The notes: generated by a model from the letters alone, not told the origin. Positions 39,252 to 48,557 are shown, counted from the first letter of the stretch. The stretch is 64,000 nt of DNA from Candidatus Binatia bacterium (GCA_963666515.2 OY762897.2:256001-320000), one strand, 5' to 3'. Made by a program: numbers and translations.

Positions 39252-41516
39252 ATGCAGAACGGCTCTCGACTCAATCGTGAACTGTGGGGCTCGGTGGTCC
39301 TGGTGGCGGCCTGTTTCGCGGTGCTCAGCCTGGTTTCCTACAGCCCCCTGGACCGTTCCTTCAACGTTCCTTCGGGCGCGCCCGACCCCGTCAACCTGGG
39401 TGGACTGGTGGGGGCCTACCTGGCCGACGCGTTGATGCAGGGGCTGGGCCTGACCGCCTACGTCCTTCCCGCCATCCTGCTGCTGCTCGCCCTCCGTCTG
39501 TTCCGCCGCGACCCCGGCAGGCTGAGAGTCCTCGTGTCTCTCGGATACGGCGTGTTGTTGTGGGGTCTGGCCATCGTGGTCAGCCTGGTGCGCGAAACCG
39601 AGCTGGCGCGGGACGGCGGCGGGGTCCTGGGCGGGTTCTCCAGGGAGTTCCTGACCGAGATGTTCGGCTACGCCGGGACCTGCGTCATCACGGTCTTCCT
39701 GCTGCTGGCCGCGGCCATGCTGATATCCCAGACATCCATGCTGAGCTGGTGGGGCCGCCTCGCGGCGGCCCGGGAGCGGCTTCGTTCCACGCTGGCCGCG
39801 GGGGCGACGTCCACGTGGCGCACCCGGGTGGAGGGGAAGCCGCCCGCCAACCCCAGGAAGGAGCGGGAGTTCAAGGCGCCGCCCATCGTGCTGGAGGAGG
39901 AAGGCCCGAAGGAAGAGCCCCAGACCCCCAAGGGGCGCCGGAAGAAGGCCAGGGCCAAAGCCAGGACCAGGCCCGAAGCCGAGCAGTTCGTCTTCCCCGA
40001 GATCACCGACGGCTACACGTTGCCGTCGACGGCCTTTCTCGATCCCCCGCCGAAGGTGAAGGCGGGCATCGACAAGAGCGCCCTGGAAGCCAATTCCCTG
40101 ATGCTGCAGCGGAAGCTCCAGGACTTCGGCATCGAGGGCGAAGTGCTCGCGGTGAGGCCCGGACCGGTCATCACCGTGTACGAGTTCCGGCCGGCGCCCG
40201 GCGTCATGGTGCGGCGGATCGTGGGCGTGGCGGACGACCTCGCCATGGCCCTCAGCGCCGTCAGCATCCGCATCCTGGCGCCGATCCCGGGGGAGTCCGT
40301 GGTCGGGATCGAGGTGCCCAACACCCGGCGCGAGACGGTCCACCTGAGGGAGGTGCTGGAAGACCCGGTGTACGCGGACTCCGATTCAATGCTTTCCCTG
40401 GCCCTGGGAAAGGACATCTCCGGGGCGCCGTTCGCCGCCGATCTGGCGCGCATGCCGCACCTGCTGGTGGCCGGCGCCACCGGCACGGGCAAGTCCGTGT
40501 CGCTGAACTCGATGATCCTGAGCATCCTGTACAAGGCCACTCCGGATGACGTCCGCTTCATCATGATCGATCCCAAGATGCTGGAGCTGACGCCCTACGA
40601 AGGGCTGCCGCACCTGCTGACCCCGGTGGTGACCGATCCCAAGGAGGCCCGGGCCGCGCTGTTCTGGGCCGTGGAGGAGATGGACCGGCGCTACCGGCTC
40701 ATGCGCGACAAGGGCGCCCGCAACATCGACAACTACAACCGCATCCTGGAAAAGGAACCGCCGCCGGACAGGTCCCGGAGCGGCGCGGGAGGGGACGACG
40801 CTTCTGCGGAGGAGCCGGACGCGGGCGGCGCGCTGGACGGACGCGAAGAGCTGGAGCACGGACGGCTGCCGCGGGTGGTGATCCTCATCGACGAGCTGGC
40901 GGACCTGATGATGTCCGTGGGCCGGGACATCGAGGAGCACATCACGCGGCTGGCCCAGAAGGCGCGCGCCGCCGGCATCCACATGGTGCTGGCGACCCAG
41001 CGGCCGTCGGTGGACGTGATCACCGGGTTGATCAAGGCGAACTTTCCCGCGCGGATCTCGTTCCAGGTGACCTCCCGGGTGGACTCGCGCACCATCCTGG
41101 ACGGCCAGGGCGCCGAGCAGCTCCTGGGGAACGGGGACCTGCTCTTCCTGCCCCCGGGCACGGCCCGGCTGATACGGCTCCACGGCCCCTTCGTCTCGGA
41201 CAGGGAGGTCCGCAAGGTCACCGATTTCATCAAGCAGCAGGGCCGGCCCCAGTACCGCCCGGAGATCATCGAGGCCGGAGCCGGGGACAACGGCGAGTTG
41301 GGCGGCCTGGACGACGACTACGACGAGATGTACGACCAGGCCGTGGCGGTGGTCACCGAGACGCGGCAGGCGTCCATATCCATGGTGCAGCGGCGTTTGC
41401 GGGTGGGTTACAACCGGGCCGCGCGAATGATCGAGAAAATGGAGCGGGACGGCGTGGTGGGGCCGGCGGACGGGGCGAAGCCGCGCGAGGTCCTGGCGCA
41501 GAGGATCGAGGAGTAG
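39252..41516 (+). CDS. ftsK: DNA translocase FtsK
   Basis: N-terminal TMs, PHLLVAGATGTGKS, IDELADLM, LATQRPS, gamma domain QRRLRVGYNRAAR. Confidence 0.97.
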   Translation: MQNGSRLNRELWGSVVLVAACFAVLSLVSYSPLDRSFNVPSGAPDPVNLGGLVGAYLADALMQGLGLTAYVLPAILLLLALRLFRRDPGRLRVLVSLGYGVLLWGLAIVVSLVRETELARDGGGVLGGFSREFLTEMFGYAGTCVITVFLLLAAAMLISQTSMLSWWGRLAAARERLRSTLAAGATSTWRTRVEGKPPANPRKEREFKAPPIVLEEEGPKEEPQTPKGRRKKARAKARTRPEAEQFVFPEITDGYTLPSTAFLDPPPKVKAGIDKSALEANSLMLQRKLQDFGIEGEVLAVRPGPVITVYEFRPAPGVMVRRIVGVADDLAMALSAVSIRILAPIPGESVVGIEVPNTRRETVHLREVLEDPVYADSDSMLSLALGKDISGAPFAADLARMPHLLVAGATGTGKSVSLNSMILSILYKATPDDVRFIMIDPKMLELTPYEGLPHLLTPVVTDPKEARAALFWAVEEMDRRYRLMRDKGARNIDNYNRILEKEPPPDRSRSGAGGDDASAEEPDAGGALDGREELEHGRLPRVVILIDELADLMMSVGRDIEEHITRLAQKARAAGIHMVLATQRPSVDVITGLIKANFPARISFQVTSRVDSRTILDGQGAEQLLGNGDLLFLPPGTARLIRLHGPFVSDREVRKVTDFIKQQGRPQYRPEIIEAGAGDNGELGGLDDDYDEMYDQAVAVVTETRQASISMVQRRLRVGYNRAARMIEKMERDGVVGPADGAKPREVLAQRIEE

Positions 41517-41523
41517 ACCGGCA

Positions 41524-42237
41524 ATGGAGACGACGAATTCGCGGCCTCGCCGAGGCGGTCGGGGCCGGCCCTGCATGAGGCGCGCCTGCGCGGTTCTTCT
41601 CGGCGCGGGCGCCGCCGCGCTCGCTTTCCTGTCGCCGGCGCAGGGCGTCCGCGCGCAAGACGCCCGGGACGTGGTCCGGGAAGTGCAGCGGCGCTACGAC
41701 GCCACCCGGGACTACAGCGCCGACTTCCGCCAGACCACCGAGTACCGCACCCTGAACCGGCGCGTCGACGGCGCCGGCCGCATCTTCTTCAGCAAGCCGG
41801 CGAAGATGCTGTGGCGCTACCGGGAGCCCGCCGGCCAGTTCGTGCTGTCCGACGGCAAGCACCTGTACTTCTATCAGCCGGCCGAACGGCAGGTCATCAA
41901 GACCGCGCTCGGCGCGGTGTTCCGCTCGGACCTGCCGCTTTCCTTCCTGCTGGGCATCGGCGACCTGGAACGCGATTTCCGGCCCGAGTCGGTGGAATCC
42001 ACCGAGGACGGACCCCGCCTCAAGCTGTCCCCCAGGAAGGCCAATACCGGCGTCCGCCAGGTCCACCTCACCGTCGATCCCGGAAACCACGACATCCGCC
42101 AGGTGCTGATCGAGGACGGGGGAGGCAACCACTGGACCTTCCGCTTCGACAACGTCCGTCGCGGCGAGCGGCTGGACCCGTCCGTCTTCGAGCTGAAGGT
42201 GCCGCAAGGCGTTGACATCGTCGAGTTCGGCTCGTAG
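41524..42237 (+). CDS. lolA: outer membrane lipoprotein chaperone LolA
   Basis: ADFRQ, KPAKMLWRY, SDGKHLYFY; follows ftsK; start may be 41575. Confidence 0.85.
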   Translation: METTNSRPRRGGRGRPCMRRACAVLLGAGAAALAFLSPAQGVRAQDARDVVREVQRRYDATRDYSADFRQTTEYRTLNRRVDGAGRIFFSKPAKMLWRYREPAGQFVLSDGKHLYFYQPAERQVIKTALGAVFRSDLPLSFLLGIGDLERDFRPESVESTEDGPRLKLSPRKANTGVRQVHLTVDPGNHDIRQVLIEDGGGNHWTFRFDNVRRGERLDPSVFELKVPQGVDIVEFGS

Positions 42238-42309
42238 GGGCCGGCGCATCGGCTGGTTGACTCCGCTCCGAATTAGTGGTGAATTGACCCCCTTCCGGGA
42301 GAGACGAAC

Positions 42310-42735
42310 ATGAGGAAAGACGTACTGAAGAAGTTTCGGGAGACGCTCCTCGGAATGAAGGGGCAGCTCCTGGAGGACATACCGGATCGCCTCAAGCACG
42401 AGGTGGAGAGTTCCAAGGACGAGGGGCGCGACACCTACGATCTGGCCAGCGACGAGCGCGACCGTGAGATCAACATGATACTCAACGACCGCGAGCGAAC
42501 GAAACTGATGGCCATCGAGGACGCGCTGCTCCGGCTCGGCGAGGGTTCCTACGGCATCTGCGACGAATGCGGCGAGGAGATCGGCGTCGGCCGGCTCAAG
42601 GTGATGCCGTTCACGCGCCTGTGCGTCCGCTGCCAGGAAGAGCTGGAGAAGGAAAGCCGCATGATGAAGAGCTTCGATGACGACCGCACGCTACGCCGCC
42701 TCCCGACCACGGATACGGAGGAGGAAAGCTACTAG
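42310..42735 (+). CDS. dksA: DksA/TraR C4 zinc-finger transcription factor
   Basis: DTYDLA (DxxDxA tip), YGICDECGEEI, LCVRCQE. Confidence 0.85.
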   Translation: MRKDVLKKFRETLLGMKGQLLEDIPDRLKHEVESSKDEGRDTYDLASDERDREINMILNDRERTKLMAIEDALLRLGEGSYGICDECGEEIGVGRLKVMPFTRLCVRCQEELEKESRMMKSFDDDRTLRRLPTTDTEEESY

Positions 42736-42801
42736 GGGCGGCGTCGGACCCGCCCGCGGCGCGGACGTCGCGTGACCCGGCCGGAACCCGAGGAGGACGC
42801 C

Positions 42802-43200
42802 ATGAAGTACTTCTTTTCCAAGGACGAAGCCGAAGTCGTGCGCATCGAAGGCGAGGCGCCGCGCACCCTTTACCCGTGCGTGGAGCCGGGTACGACCGGG
42901 ACCCGCCAATTCTCCATGGGCCTGCAGCAGGTCGATCCTCACAGCCGGATTCCCCTGCACTCCCACGACGAGGCCGAAGAGATCCTGTTCGTGATCGGCG
43001 GCCGCGCCACCGCCACGGTCGGCGACGAGACCGCGGAGATCACGCCGGGGTCGGTCGTCTTCATACCGCCGCGGACCAACCACGGCTTCGTCAACGACGG
43101 AGACGAGCCGCTGTGGCTGACGTGGACCTTCTCTCCCCAGGGCTTCGAGGGCTACATCCGGGGAGTCGCCGAAGGCACGGTGCAACTCAAGACGGTTTAG
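42802..43200 (+). CDS. cupin domain protein
   Basis: PLHSHDEAEE...PGSVVFIPPRTNHG. Confidence 0.88.
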   Translation: MKYFFSKDEAEVVRIEGEAPRTLYPCVEPGTTGTRQFSMGLQQVDPHSRIPLHSHDEAEEILFVIGGRATATVGDETAEITPGSVVFIPPRTNHGFVNDGDEPLWLTWTFSPQGFEGYIRGVAEGTVQLKTV

Positions 43201-43323
43201 CCGCAAAGCGGCGGCTTCTTCTGGCCGGCGGCTGCCGGGACGGCGCCGCCGGCACCCTCGTTCTCGAACAGGCTCGGAAGGTGTTGATCGGCCGCGGTTC
43301 GCGCGTGGCCGCGAGGAGATCCC

Positions 43324-44142
43324 ATGCTTGACGACAAGATCGGCTTCATCGGCGCCGGCAAGATGGGCAGCGCCATCATCAAGGGGGTCCTGAGGGCGGG
43401 GCTTGTGGAACCGGGCCGGATTGCCGCCAGCGATCCCGTCGAAGCCTTGGGAAAAGCGCTCGTGGAGGAGACCGGCGTTGGTTTCATGCAGGACAACGCC
43501 GTCCTCGTGGAGGCGTCGGACATCGTGGTCCTGGCGGTCAAGCCCCAGGTCATGGACGGCGTGCTGCGGGATCTCGCCGGCGTTACGCCCGGCGGCACGC
43601 TGTGGGTTTCCATCGCGGCCGGGGTGCCCATCAGCCGCATCGAGGGCCTTCTTCCCGAGGGCGAGCGCGTGGTCCGGGTCATGCCCAACACGCCTTGTCT
43701 GGTGGGTCAGGCCGCTTCGGCGTACTCGGGGGGCCGCTGGGCGAAGGGCGAGGACCTCGACAAGGTGGGCGAGATCCTTTCGAGCGTCGGGCTCGCGGTG
43801 GCGGTGGAGGAGCATCATCTCGACGCGGTGACGGCCCTGAGCGGCAGCGGCCCGGCCTACGTCTTTCTCTTCATCGAGTCGTTGACCGCGGGCGGCGTTC
43901 AGATGGGGCTCAGCCGCGACGTGGCTTTGAAGCTCGCGCTCCAGACGGTCTATGGTTCGGCCGTGATGGCCCGGGACTCGAAGGAGCACCTGGCCGAATT
44001 GAGGGACGCGGTGACCTCTCCGGCCGGGACCACGGCCGCAGGTCTTTTCGCCCTGGAGCAGGGCGCCTTTCGCGCCACCGTCATGGAAGCCGTGATCCAG
44101 GCAGCCGAGCGGTCGGAAGCCCTGGGGCGGGGGGAGCACTAG
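43324..44142 (+). CDS. proC: pyrroline-5-carboxylate reductase
   Basis: IGFIGAGKMG, AVKPQ, RVMPNTP, SGSGPAY, VTSPAGTT. Confidence 0.96.
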   Translation: MLDDKIGFIGAGKMGSAIIKGVLRAGLVEPGRIAASDPVEALGKALVEETGVGFMQDNAVLVEASDIVVLAVKPQVMDGVLRDLAGVTPGGTLWVSIAAGVPISRIEGLLPEGERVVRVMPNTPCLVGQAASAYSGGRWAKGEDLDKVGEILSSVGLAVAVEEHHLDAVTALSGSGPAYVFLFIESLTAGGVQMGLSRDVALKLALQTVYGSAVMARDSKEHLAELRDAVTSPAGTTAAGLFALEQGAFRATVMEAVIQAAERSEALGRGEH

Positions 44143-44163
44143 CACCGGCGCGGAGCGGACGTC

Positions 44164-45078
44164 ATGCTCCATCACCATCCGTTCCCAAGGCGACGCATAC
44201 GGCGCCTCGCCCTGATGCTGGCGTGGCTCCTGGCCGGGCCGGCGTATGCCGATCAACACACGCCGCCCGCACCGGATGCGGAGAAGCAGGCGTTCGAGAA
44301 GATCGTGGAGGCCCGGGGGCAGGCCAGGGGCAAGCGTTATGCGGAGGCCTTGAAGCAGCTCGACGAGGCCGTCTCGCTTGCCGAGGGAGTGGAGGACAAG
44401 CTGCCGCTCGCACTGGCGCTCCACAACATCGCTGAGGTGCAACTCCTCAAGGGCGAGCCCCGGGATGCGCTGAAGGTTTACCGCCGGGCCTTGGGAATCT
44501 ATACCGAGTTGGGATACGGAGCCGGGGCCGGCATGGTGCAAAGACGCATCGGCACGCTCTCACGGCTTCTCAGCAAACCCGCGAAACCAAAGTCTCCGGT
44601 GGCGGAAAACGTCCCGCGGGCCGGCGCCGAAGAGCCGCTCTCGGCCATCGACCAGGCGGTGGAACGAGTCCGGCGGCGCAAGCTGGCCCGCGTCCGGGCC
44701 GCGCGGGAGGCGGCCGAGCCGGGGCCCGTCCGGGTCACCCGTTCCGAGCCTCTCCCCGCGGAAGACTCCGGTGAGTGGGCCTACGTCGAGTCTCTCAGGC
44801 AGAAGATCAGGGGCAATTCGAGATATCCCGACTATGCCAGGCGAACGGGCCAGGAAGGGACCGTTGATCTGGTCTTCGCGGTTCGGCGGAACGGCGAGGT
44901 CGAAAACGTGGAGTGGGTGAAGTCGTCAGGCTTCATCGTTCTGGACGTGGAAGCGCTCCGCAACGTCAGGGAGTCGGCGCCGTTCGGCGCCGTGCCCGAC
45001 GGCGCCGCGTCGAGTCCCCTGACCGTTCGTCTCACCTTCAGCTACCGGCTGCCGGCCGCGTCCGACGGCGCACCCTGA
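44164..45078 (+). CDS. TPR-repeat plus TonB C-terminal domain protein
   Basis: Signal peptide ending AYA, TPR (ALALHNIAEV..ALKVYRRAL), YPDYARRTGQEGTV...SSGFIVLDVEAL...APF. Confidence 0.8.
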   Translation: MLHHHPFPRRRIRRLALMLAWLLAGPAYADQHTPPAPDAEKQAFEKIVEARGQARGKRYAEALKQLDEAVSLAEGVEDKLPLALALHNIAEVQLLKGEPRDALKVYRRALGIYTELGYGAGAGMVQRRIGTLSRLLSKPAKPKSPVAENVPRAGAEEPLSAIDQAVERVRRRKLARVRAAREAAEPGPVRVTRSEPLPAEDSGEWAYVESLRQKIRGNSRYPDYARRTGQEGTVDLVFAVRRNGEVENVEWVKSSGFIVLDVEALRNVRESAPFGAVPDGAASSPLTVRLTFSYRLPAASDGAP

Positions 45079-45138
45079 CTCCGCCGGACGGGAACCCGGC
45101 GGCCGTTCGCCGCACTCCGTCGGCTCGTGCTCCGGCTC

Positions 45139-45993
45139 CTACGGTTTCTTGCCGGCTTCGCCGACCGTGTCGATGGTGGTGAGTTGCGCCAGCGCGAACG
45201 CATGCCCCGGATCGAGGCGGAGGGCGCGGATGTAGTTGACGTCGGCTTGCCCGTGGAAGCCAATGGCGGCCGCGTTGCGCGCCCGCAGAACATGGACCTC
45301 CGCGAGCCAGCGCGCATCGGCCGCGAGCCTCGACTCCGCCACGTCGAGAAAGCTCAAGGATTCGCGATAGTTCTGCAGGAAGTAGTGAGCCCGGGCGATG
45401 AAGTAGTGGCTGTAGGGATTGGCGAAGTCTATGTCGACGGCCTGCTCGAACCTTGCCAGCGCGGCCTTGTAGGTTTCGGCCTGCAGCAGCGTCCGGCCCT
45501 GCTGCACCAAGTTCATGGAGGCCCTTCGCTGCGGCAGGGCCGAGCCGGCGCCTGCGCCCAGCGGTGGCAATTCGTATGAGCCGTCCGGTTTCTCGAACGC
45601 CACGGCCTTGAAGTCCGTGGCGGGCGCTGTCGGAGCGGGTACGGGATTTGCCTGACGGCCGGGTTGCGGCGGGGCCGGCGCATCGGCCCGTGGCGCCGTT
45701 TGCCGGATCGCCGGCGCCGGTTCCGGACCGGGAACCGGCAACTCCTGCTCGTGAATCGTCCCCTGGCGGAACAGAGGGGACGCGGGGGCGTCTTCGCCAG
45801 TGGACCCGTCTTGCGGGAAACCCGTTCCACACGCGAGCAACACGGCAAGGAATACCGCCCCGGCGGCCACCCATGCCGACGACGCCTTCGGTTGCCGCGC
45901 CTCCTCGCACGCGCCGCCCGGTGACGAAAGGACAACATCCATCGGAACACCATCCGTCGTGTCCGCATCCACAGAGTTCTTTGAAGAGGGCAT
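45139..45993 (-). CDS. TPR protein, probable lipoprotein
   Basis: Lipobox-like LAVLLAC, Pro/Ala linker, C-terminal TPRs (FEQAVDIDFANPYSHYFIA); ATG overlaps the upstream TGA. Confidence 0.7.
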   Translation of the reverse strand: MPSSKNSVDADTTDGVPMDVVLSSPGGACEEARQPKASSAWVAAGAVFLAVLLACGTGFPQDGSTGEDAPASPLFRQGTIHEQELPVPGPEPAPAIRQTAPRADAPAPPQPGRQANPVPAPTAPATDFKAVAFEKPDGSYELPPLGAGAGSALPQRRASMNLVQQGRTLLQAETYKAALARFEQAVDIDFANPYSHYFIARAHYFLQNYRESLSFLDVAESRLAADARWLAEVHVLRARNAAAIGFHGQADVNYIRALRLDPGHAFALAQLTTIDTVGEAGKKP

Positions 45994-46139
45994 CACAGCA
46001 ATATCACCGCCAGCACCGTACCGAGGGCGAATGGAACCAGGGCCGCCGGAGGCAGGTTTCCGCTCACCGTGTCGACGACCACGAGCAACGACAGTCCGAC
46101 GAAAACGAGACCCGGATAGGTCACCAGCAATTCGATCAT
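45993..46139 (-). CDS. small two-TM membrane protein (48 aa)
   Basis: MIELLVTYPGLVFVGLSLLVVVDTVSGNLPPAALVPFALGTVLAVILL*; TGATG-coupled to the TPR gene; below ORF-track cutoff. Confidence 0.55.
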   Translation of the reverse strand: MIELLVTYPGLVFVGLSLLVVVDTVSGNLPPAALVPFALGTVLAVILL

Positions 46140-46201
46140 GGTTCAATGCCTGATCGCCCGGTTCGCCCGGAACCAGTCCACATCACCCAACGTTGCGTCT
46201 A

Positions 46202-46230
46202 ATTGTGGGGTCCGGCCTCGGGGGTGTCAA
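46202..46230 (-). promoter_or_regulatory. sigma70-like promoter
   Basis: Minus strand TTGACA-N17-CACAAT upstream of the 48-aa ORF. Confidence 0.5.
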
Positions 46231-46245
46231 GGAGAGGAGGATGGG

Positions 46246-46305
46246 ATGAACATCCTGTTCGTCATGTACGACCAGTTGCGTTTCGACTACCTGAGTTGCG
46301 CGGGC
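46246..46305 (+). pseudogene. 5' stub of a sulfatase/phosphonate monoester hydrolase
   Basis: Strong RBS (GGAGAGGAGG) then MNILFVMYDQLRFDYLSCAG, a typical sulfatase-family N-terminus, cut off after 20 codons. Confidence 0.7.
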
Positions 46306-46498
46306 CAGTTCGCAGGACGGCCTCGGCGGCCTGTCGGTCGATCCTGAAATCTTCAACGAATTCGTCGAGGGATACGCCGTCTTCAAGCCAGTCGAAAAGC
46401 TGTTGCACCGGTAAGCGGCTGCCACGAAAACAGGGTGTCCCGCTCATGCGGTCTGGATCGACCCAAACGGCCTCTTCGAGAGTCATGGTGTTCTTCAT
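46262..46498 (-). CDS. DUF433 antitoxin-like protein (native 3' end lost)
   Basis: DPDRMSGTPCFRGSRLPV..LFDWLEDGVSLDEFVEDF; 3' end runs into the sulfatase stub. Confidence 0.8.
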   Translation of the reverse strand: MKNTMTLEEAVWVDPDRMSGTPCFRGSRLPVQQLFDWLEDGVSLDEFVEDFRIDRQAAEAVLRTGPRNSGSRNATGRT

Positions 46499-46503
46499 CA
46501 GAC

Positions 46504-46731
46504 TTAACCATCCTCCCACAACTTCAACTCGTCCTCGGGGAACGGATCGAAGAAGCTGTCGGGTATGACGATTTGGCCCTTCAGGACGTCGGGCTGCCGT
46601 TTGCCCTTGTAGCGGACCAGTCGCGCCACAGGCTCACCCCGCCGGGCGATGATTACCTCCTCGCCTGCCTCGACCTGTGCCAACAGACGGGAAAGCTGAG
46701 TCTTGGCTTGATGGACGTTGACCACGGGCAT
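46504..46731 (-). CDS. Phd/YefM antitoxin, copy A
   Basis: VNVHQAKTQLSRLL..VEAGEEVIIARRGEPVARL; own RBS GAGGAG. Confidence 0.88.
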   Translation of the reverse strand: MPVVNVHQAKTQLSRLLAQVEAGEEVIIARRGEPVARLVRYKGKRQPDVLKGQIVIPDSFFDPFPEDELKLWEDG

Positions 46732-46818
46732 GGGTCTGGTCTCCTCGATGCCTGTACAAGCTGCAAGGTCTCTATGGCCGTTTCTTCCGGCTCGGGCGTC
46801 AGCGCTTCGCCAAGCTCG

Positions 46819-47040
46819 ATCCTCGATGCCATAGCGTCCCACCACATCTTCAAGCGGGAGGCTTTCGGACTTGAATGCGCGGCTCTCGCTCAGCCGCTGT
46901 TCCGCCAAGTACAAGTCTTCGAGATCCTCCAGGTGCTTGAGAATGGCTTCACGGGCGTAAAAGGTCTTGGTTCGGCCCGTCGCTTTGGCCAGTGCGTCAA
47001 GGCGGGCTTCCAGGTTGGCGGGCAATCTGATCGCGAGCAT
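46819..47040 (-). CDS. RHH (RelB/TraY-like) antitoxin; stop lost, reads through in frame into Phd copy A
   Basis: MLAIRLP..EARLDALAKATGRTKTFYAREAILKHLEDLEDLYLAE...RYGIED; the expected TGA is CGA; operator-like GCTAT-N6-ATAGC at 47063-47078. Confidence 0.8.
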
Positions 47041-47112
47041 GATCCCGGTTCCTTTCTCCGCAGCTATACGAGAATAGCGCAATACGTGAGCCAAATGCGG
47101 TTCCGGGACTCA

Positions 47113-47688
47113 TCAGTAAATGCCTTTGGAGTAGGCCTCCTGCAACAACTCCATGCTTTCCCCGGTCCATCGCCAAAGATGGGCGGCGAAAACGCCGCAG
47201 TTCGGACCCCACATGTCACCTGTCCGGTGAAGCTTCAGTTGATCCACGCCTGCCGACGGATACGCCTCGGCCAGTTCTCCATGGAGTTCCGGGCTCGGAT
47301 CGTTGAAATAGCCCCAGTAGTGGATATGAAACTTGAAGAACTCATCACGGTGCTTCTCTTCCCAATGCTCGAATTCTTCACGTAGCAGGTAAACGAAGTC
47401 CTCCGGCGATTCTCCCATAATGTCTTTGGCTGCGGCGATGCCCGGCGGTGTGGTCGTGAACACGACGATGGGCTTCGGATCGAAATGGAAGACCCTCAGC
47501 GTATGGCGTTGTTCCAAGATGTTGCGAACGCGTCGGTCGAACCAATCCATCAAGTGACCGCCAATGATGCGGCGCTGCCAGTCCTCTTCCGAATCCTCTG
47601 CCAAGTCTTCCGCATCCTTGAGGGGATGGTCTTTGCGCTGCCTCTTGGCAAATGACAGGAGTTCGTCCTTGTACTCTTGTAGTTTCAT
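47113..47688 (-). CDS. hypothetical protein
   Basis: 191-aa ORF with lower-GC codon usage; no recognised motif. Confidence 0.65.
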   Translation of the reverse strand: MKLQEYKDELLSFAKRQRKDHPLKDAEDLAEDSEEDWQRRIIGGHLMDWFDRRVRNILEQRHTLRVFHFDPKPIVVFTTTPPGIAAAKDIMGESPEDFVYLLREEFEHWEEKHRDEFFKFHIHYWGYFNDPSPELHGELAEAYPSAGVDQLKLHRTGDMWGPNCGVFAAHLWRWTGESMELLQEAYSKGIY

Positions 47689-47713
47689 CGGGGCTCCGAA
47701 AGTCAACCGCCAC

Positions 47714-47965
47714 CTACCGTCCATCCGTTGAGTGGCCGCCTTCCCAAGCTGCCAATTCGGCCTCCGGCAGTGGGTCGAGGATGCTGTCGTCTACAACGAT
47801 TTTCCCTCTCATGGCACCAAACTGCCTCTTGCCCCATGTCTGGTAGCGGACGAGCCGCGCCACGGGTTGGCCCCGCCGGGCGATGACCACCTCCTCGCCT
47901 GCCTCGACCTGCGCCAAAAGGCGAGAAAGCTGACTCTTGGCTTCATGGACATTGACCACAGGCAT
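47714..47965 (-). CDS. Phd/YefM antitoxin, copy B
   Basis: VNVHEAKSQLSRLL..VEAGEEVVIARRGQPVARL; near-duplicate of copy A. Confidence 0.88.
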   Translation of the reverse strand: MPVVNVHEAKSQLSRLLAQVEAGEEVVIARRGQPVARLVRYQTWGKRQFGAMRGKIVVDDSILDPLPEAELAAWEGGHSTDGR

Positions 47966-48054
47966 GGGTTTGGTCTCTTTGGAAGACGAGGATACGCTGG
48001 GCAGCTTACCAGGCAAATGTCATGACCACCGCGAATCGGACCGGTAGCCCAAGT

Positions 48055-48231
48055 TTAACCCTCCAACGCCGGTTCACCGTCGTCGAGAAGCATGGTGATG
48101 ACCTCCTTGAGGTTGTCATTGAGTTCCTCAAGGGTCTCCCCTTGGCTGTGTGCTCCCGGAAACCTGGGGATGTACCCGACATAGAGGTGTGTATCGGGGC
48201 AGCGTTCGATAATGGTGGTGTAACTGCGCAT
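48055..48231 (-). CDS. HicB-family antitoxin (58 aa, possibly C-terminally truncated)
   Basis: Manual translation: MRSYTTIIERCPDTHLYVGYIPRFPGAHSQGETLEELNDNLKEVITMLLDDGEPALEG*; PG..SQGET.EE motif. Confidence 0.8.
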   Translation of the reverse strand: MRSYTTIIERCPDTHLYVGYIPRFPGAHSQGETLEELNDNLKEVITMLLDDGEPALEG

Positions 48232-48557
48232 GGGTTACGTCTCGTCCCGGTGATCGGGCATGTTGCACTACTCTTGCACTACTCGACGGTTCTACCGTCG
48301 AGGATAGAGCCGGAGTCAATTGTGGTCAAGCGTCCGAATCGCCTCACAACAAAGGAGGTCTGCTGGCGCACGGATAGGCCGGGATTTGGTATACACTCCA
48401 GAATGGGACAATTGACTGAAGTTCAGGCTCGCGTCCTGCACGTCGTGCGAGGTCGCCCCGGTGAGTCGCAAATCACTCTCGTGTTGGCGTGTTGGCCCCG
48501 AATTTGCGTTGATGAAAACAGGGACTGTATGATCCAATAATCTGGAGGAATGAAGGC

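Noticed and set aside
48316-48540. Short ORFs on both strands
   Set aside because: No recognisable motif or RBS; probably decayed sequence.
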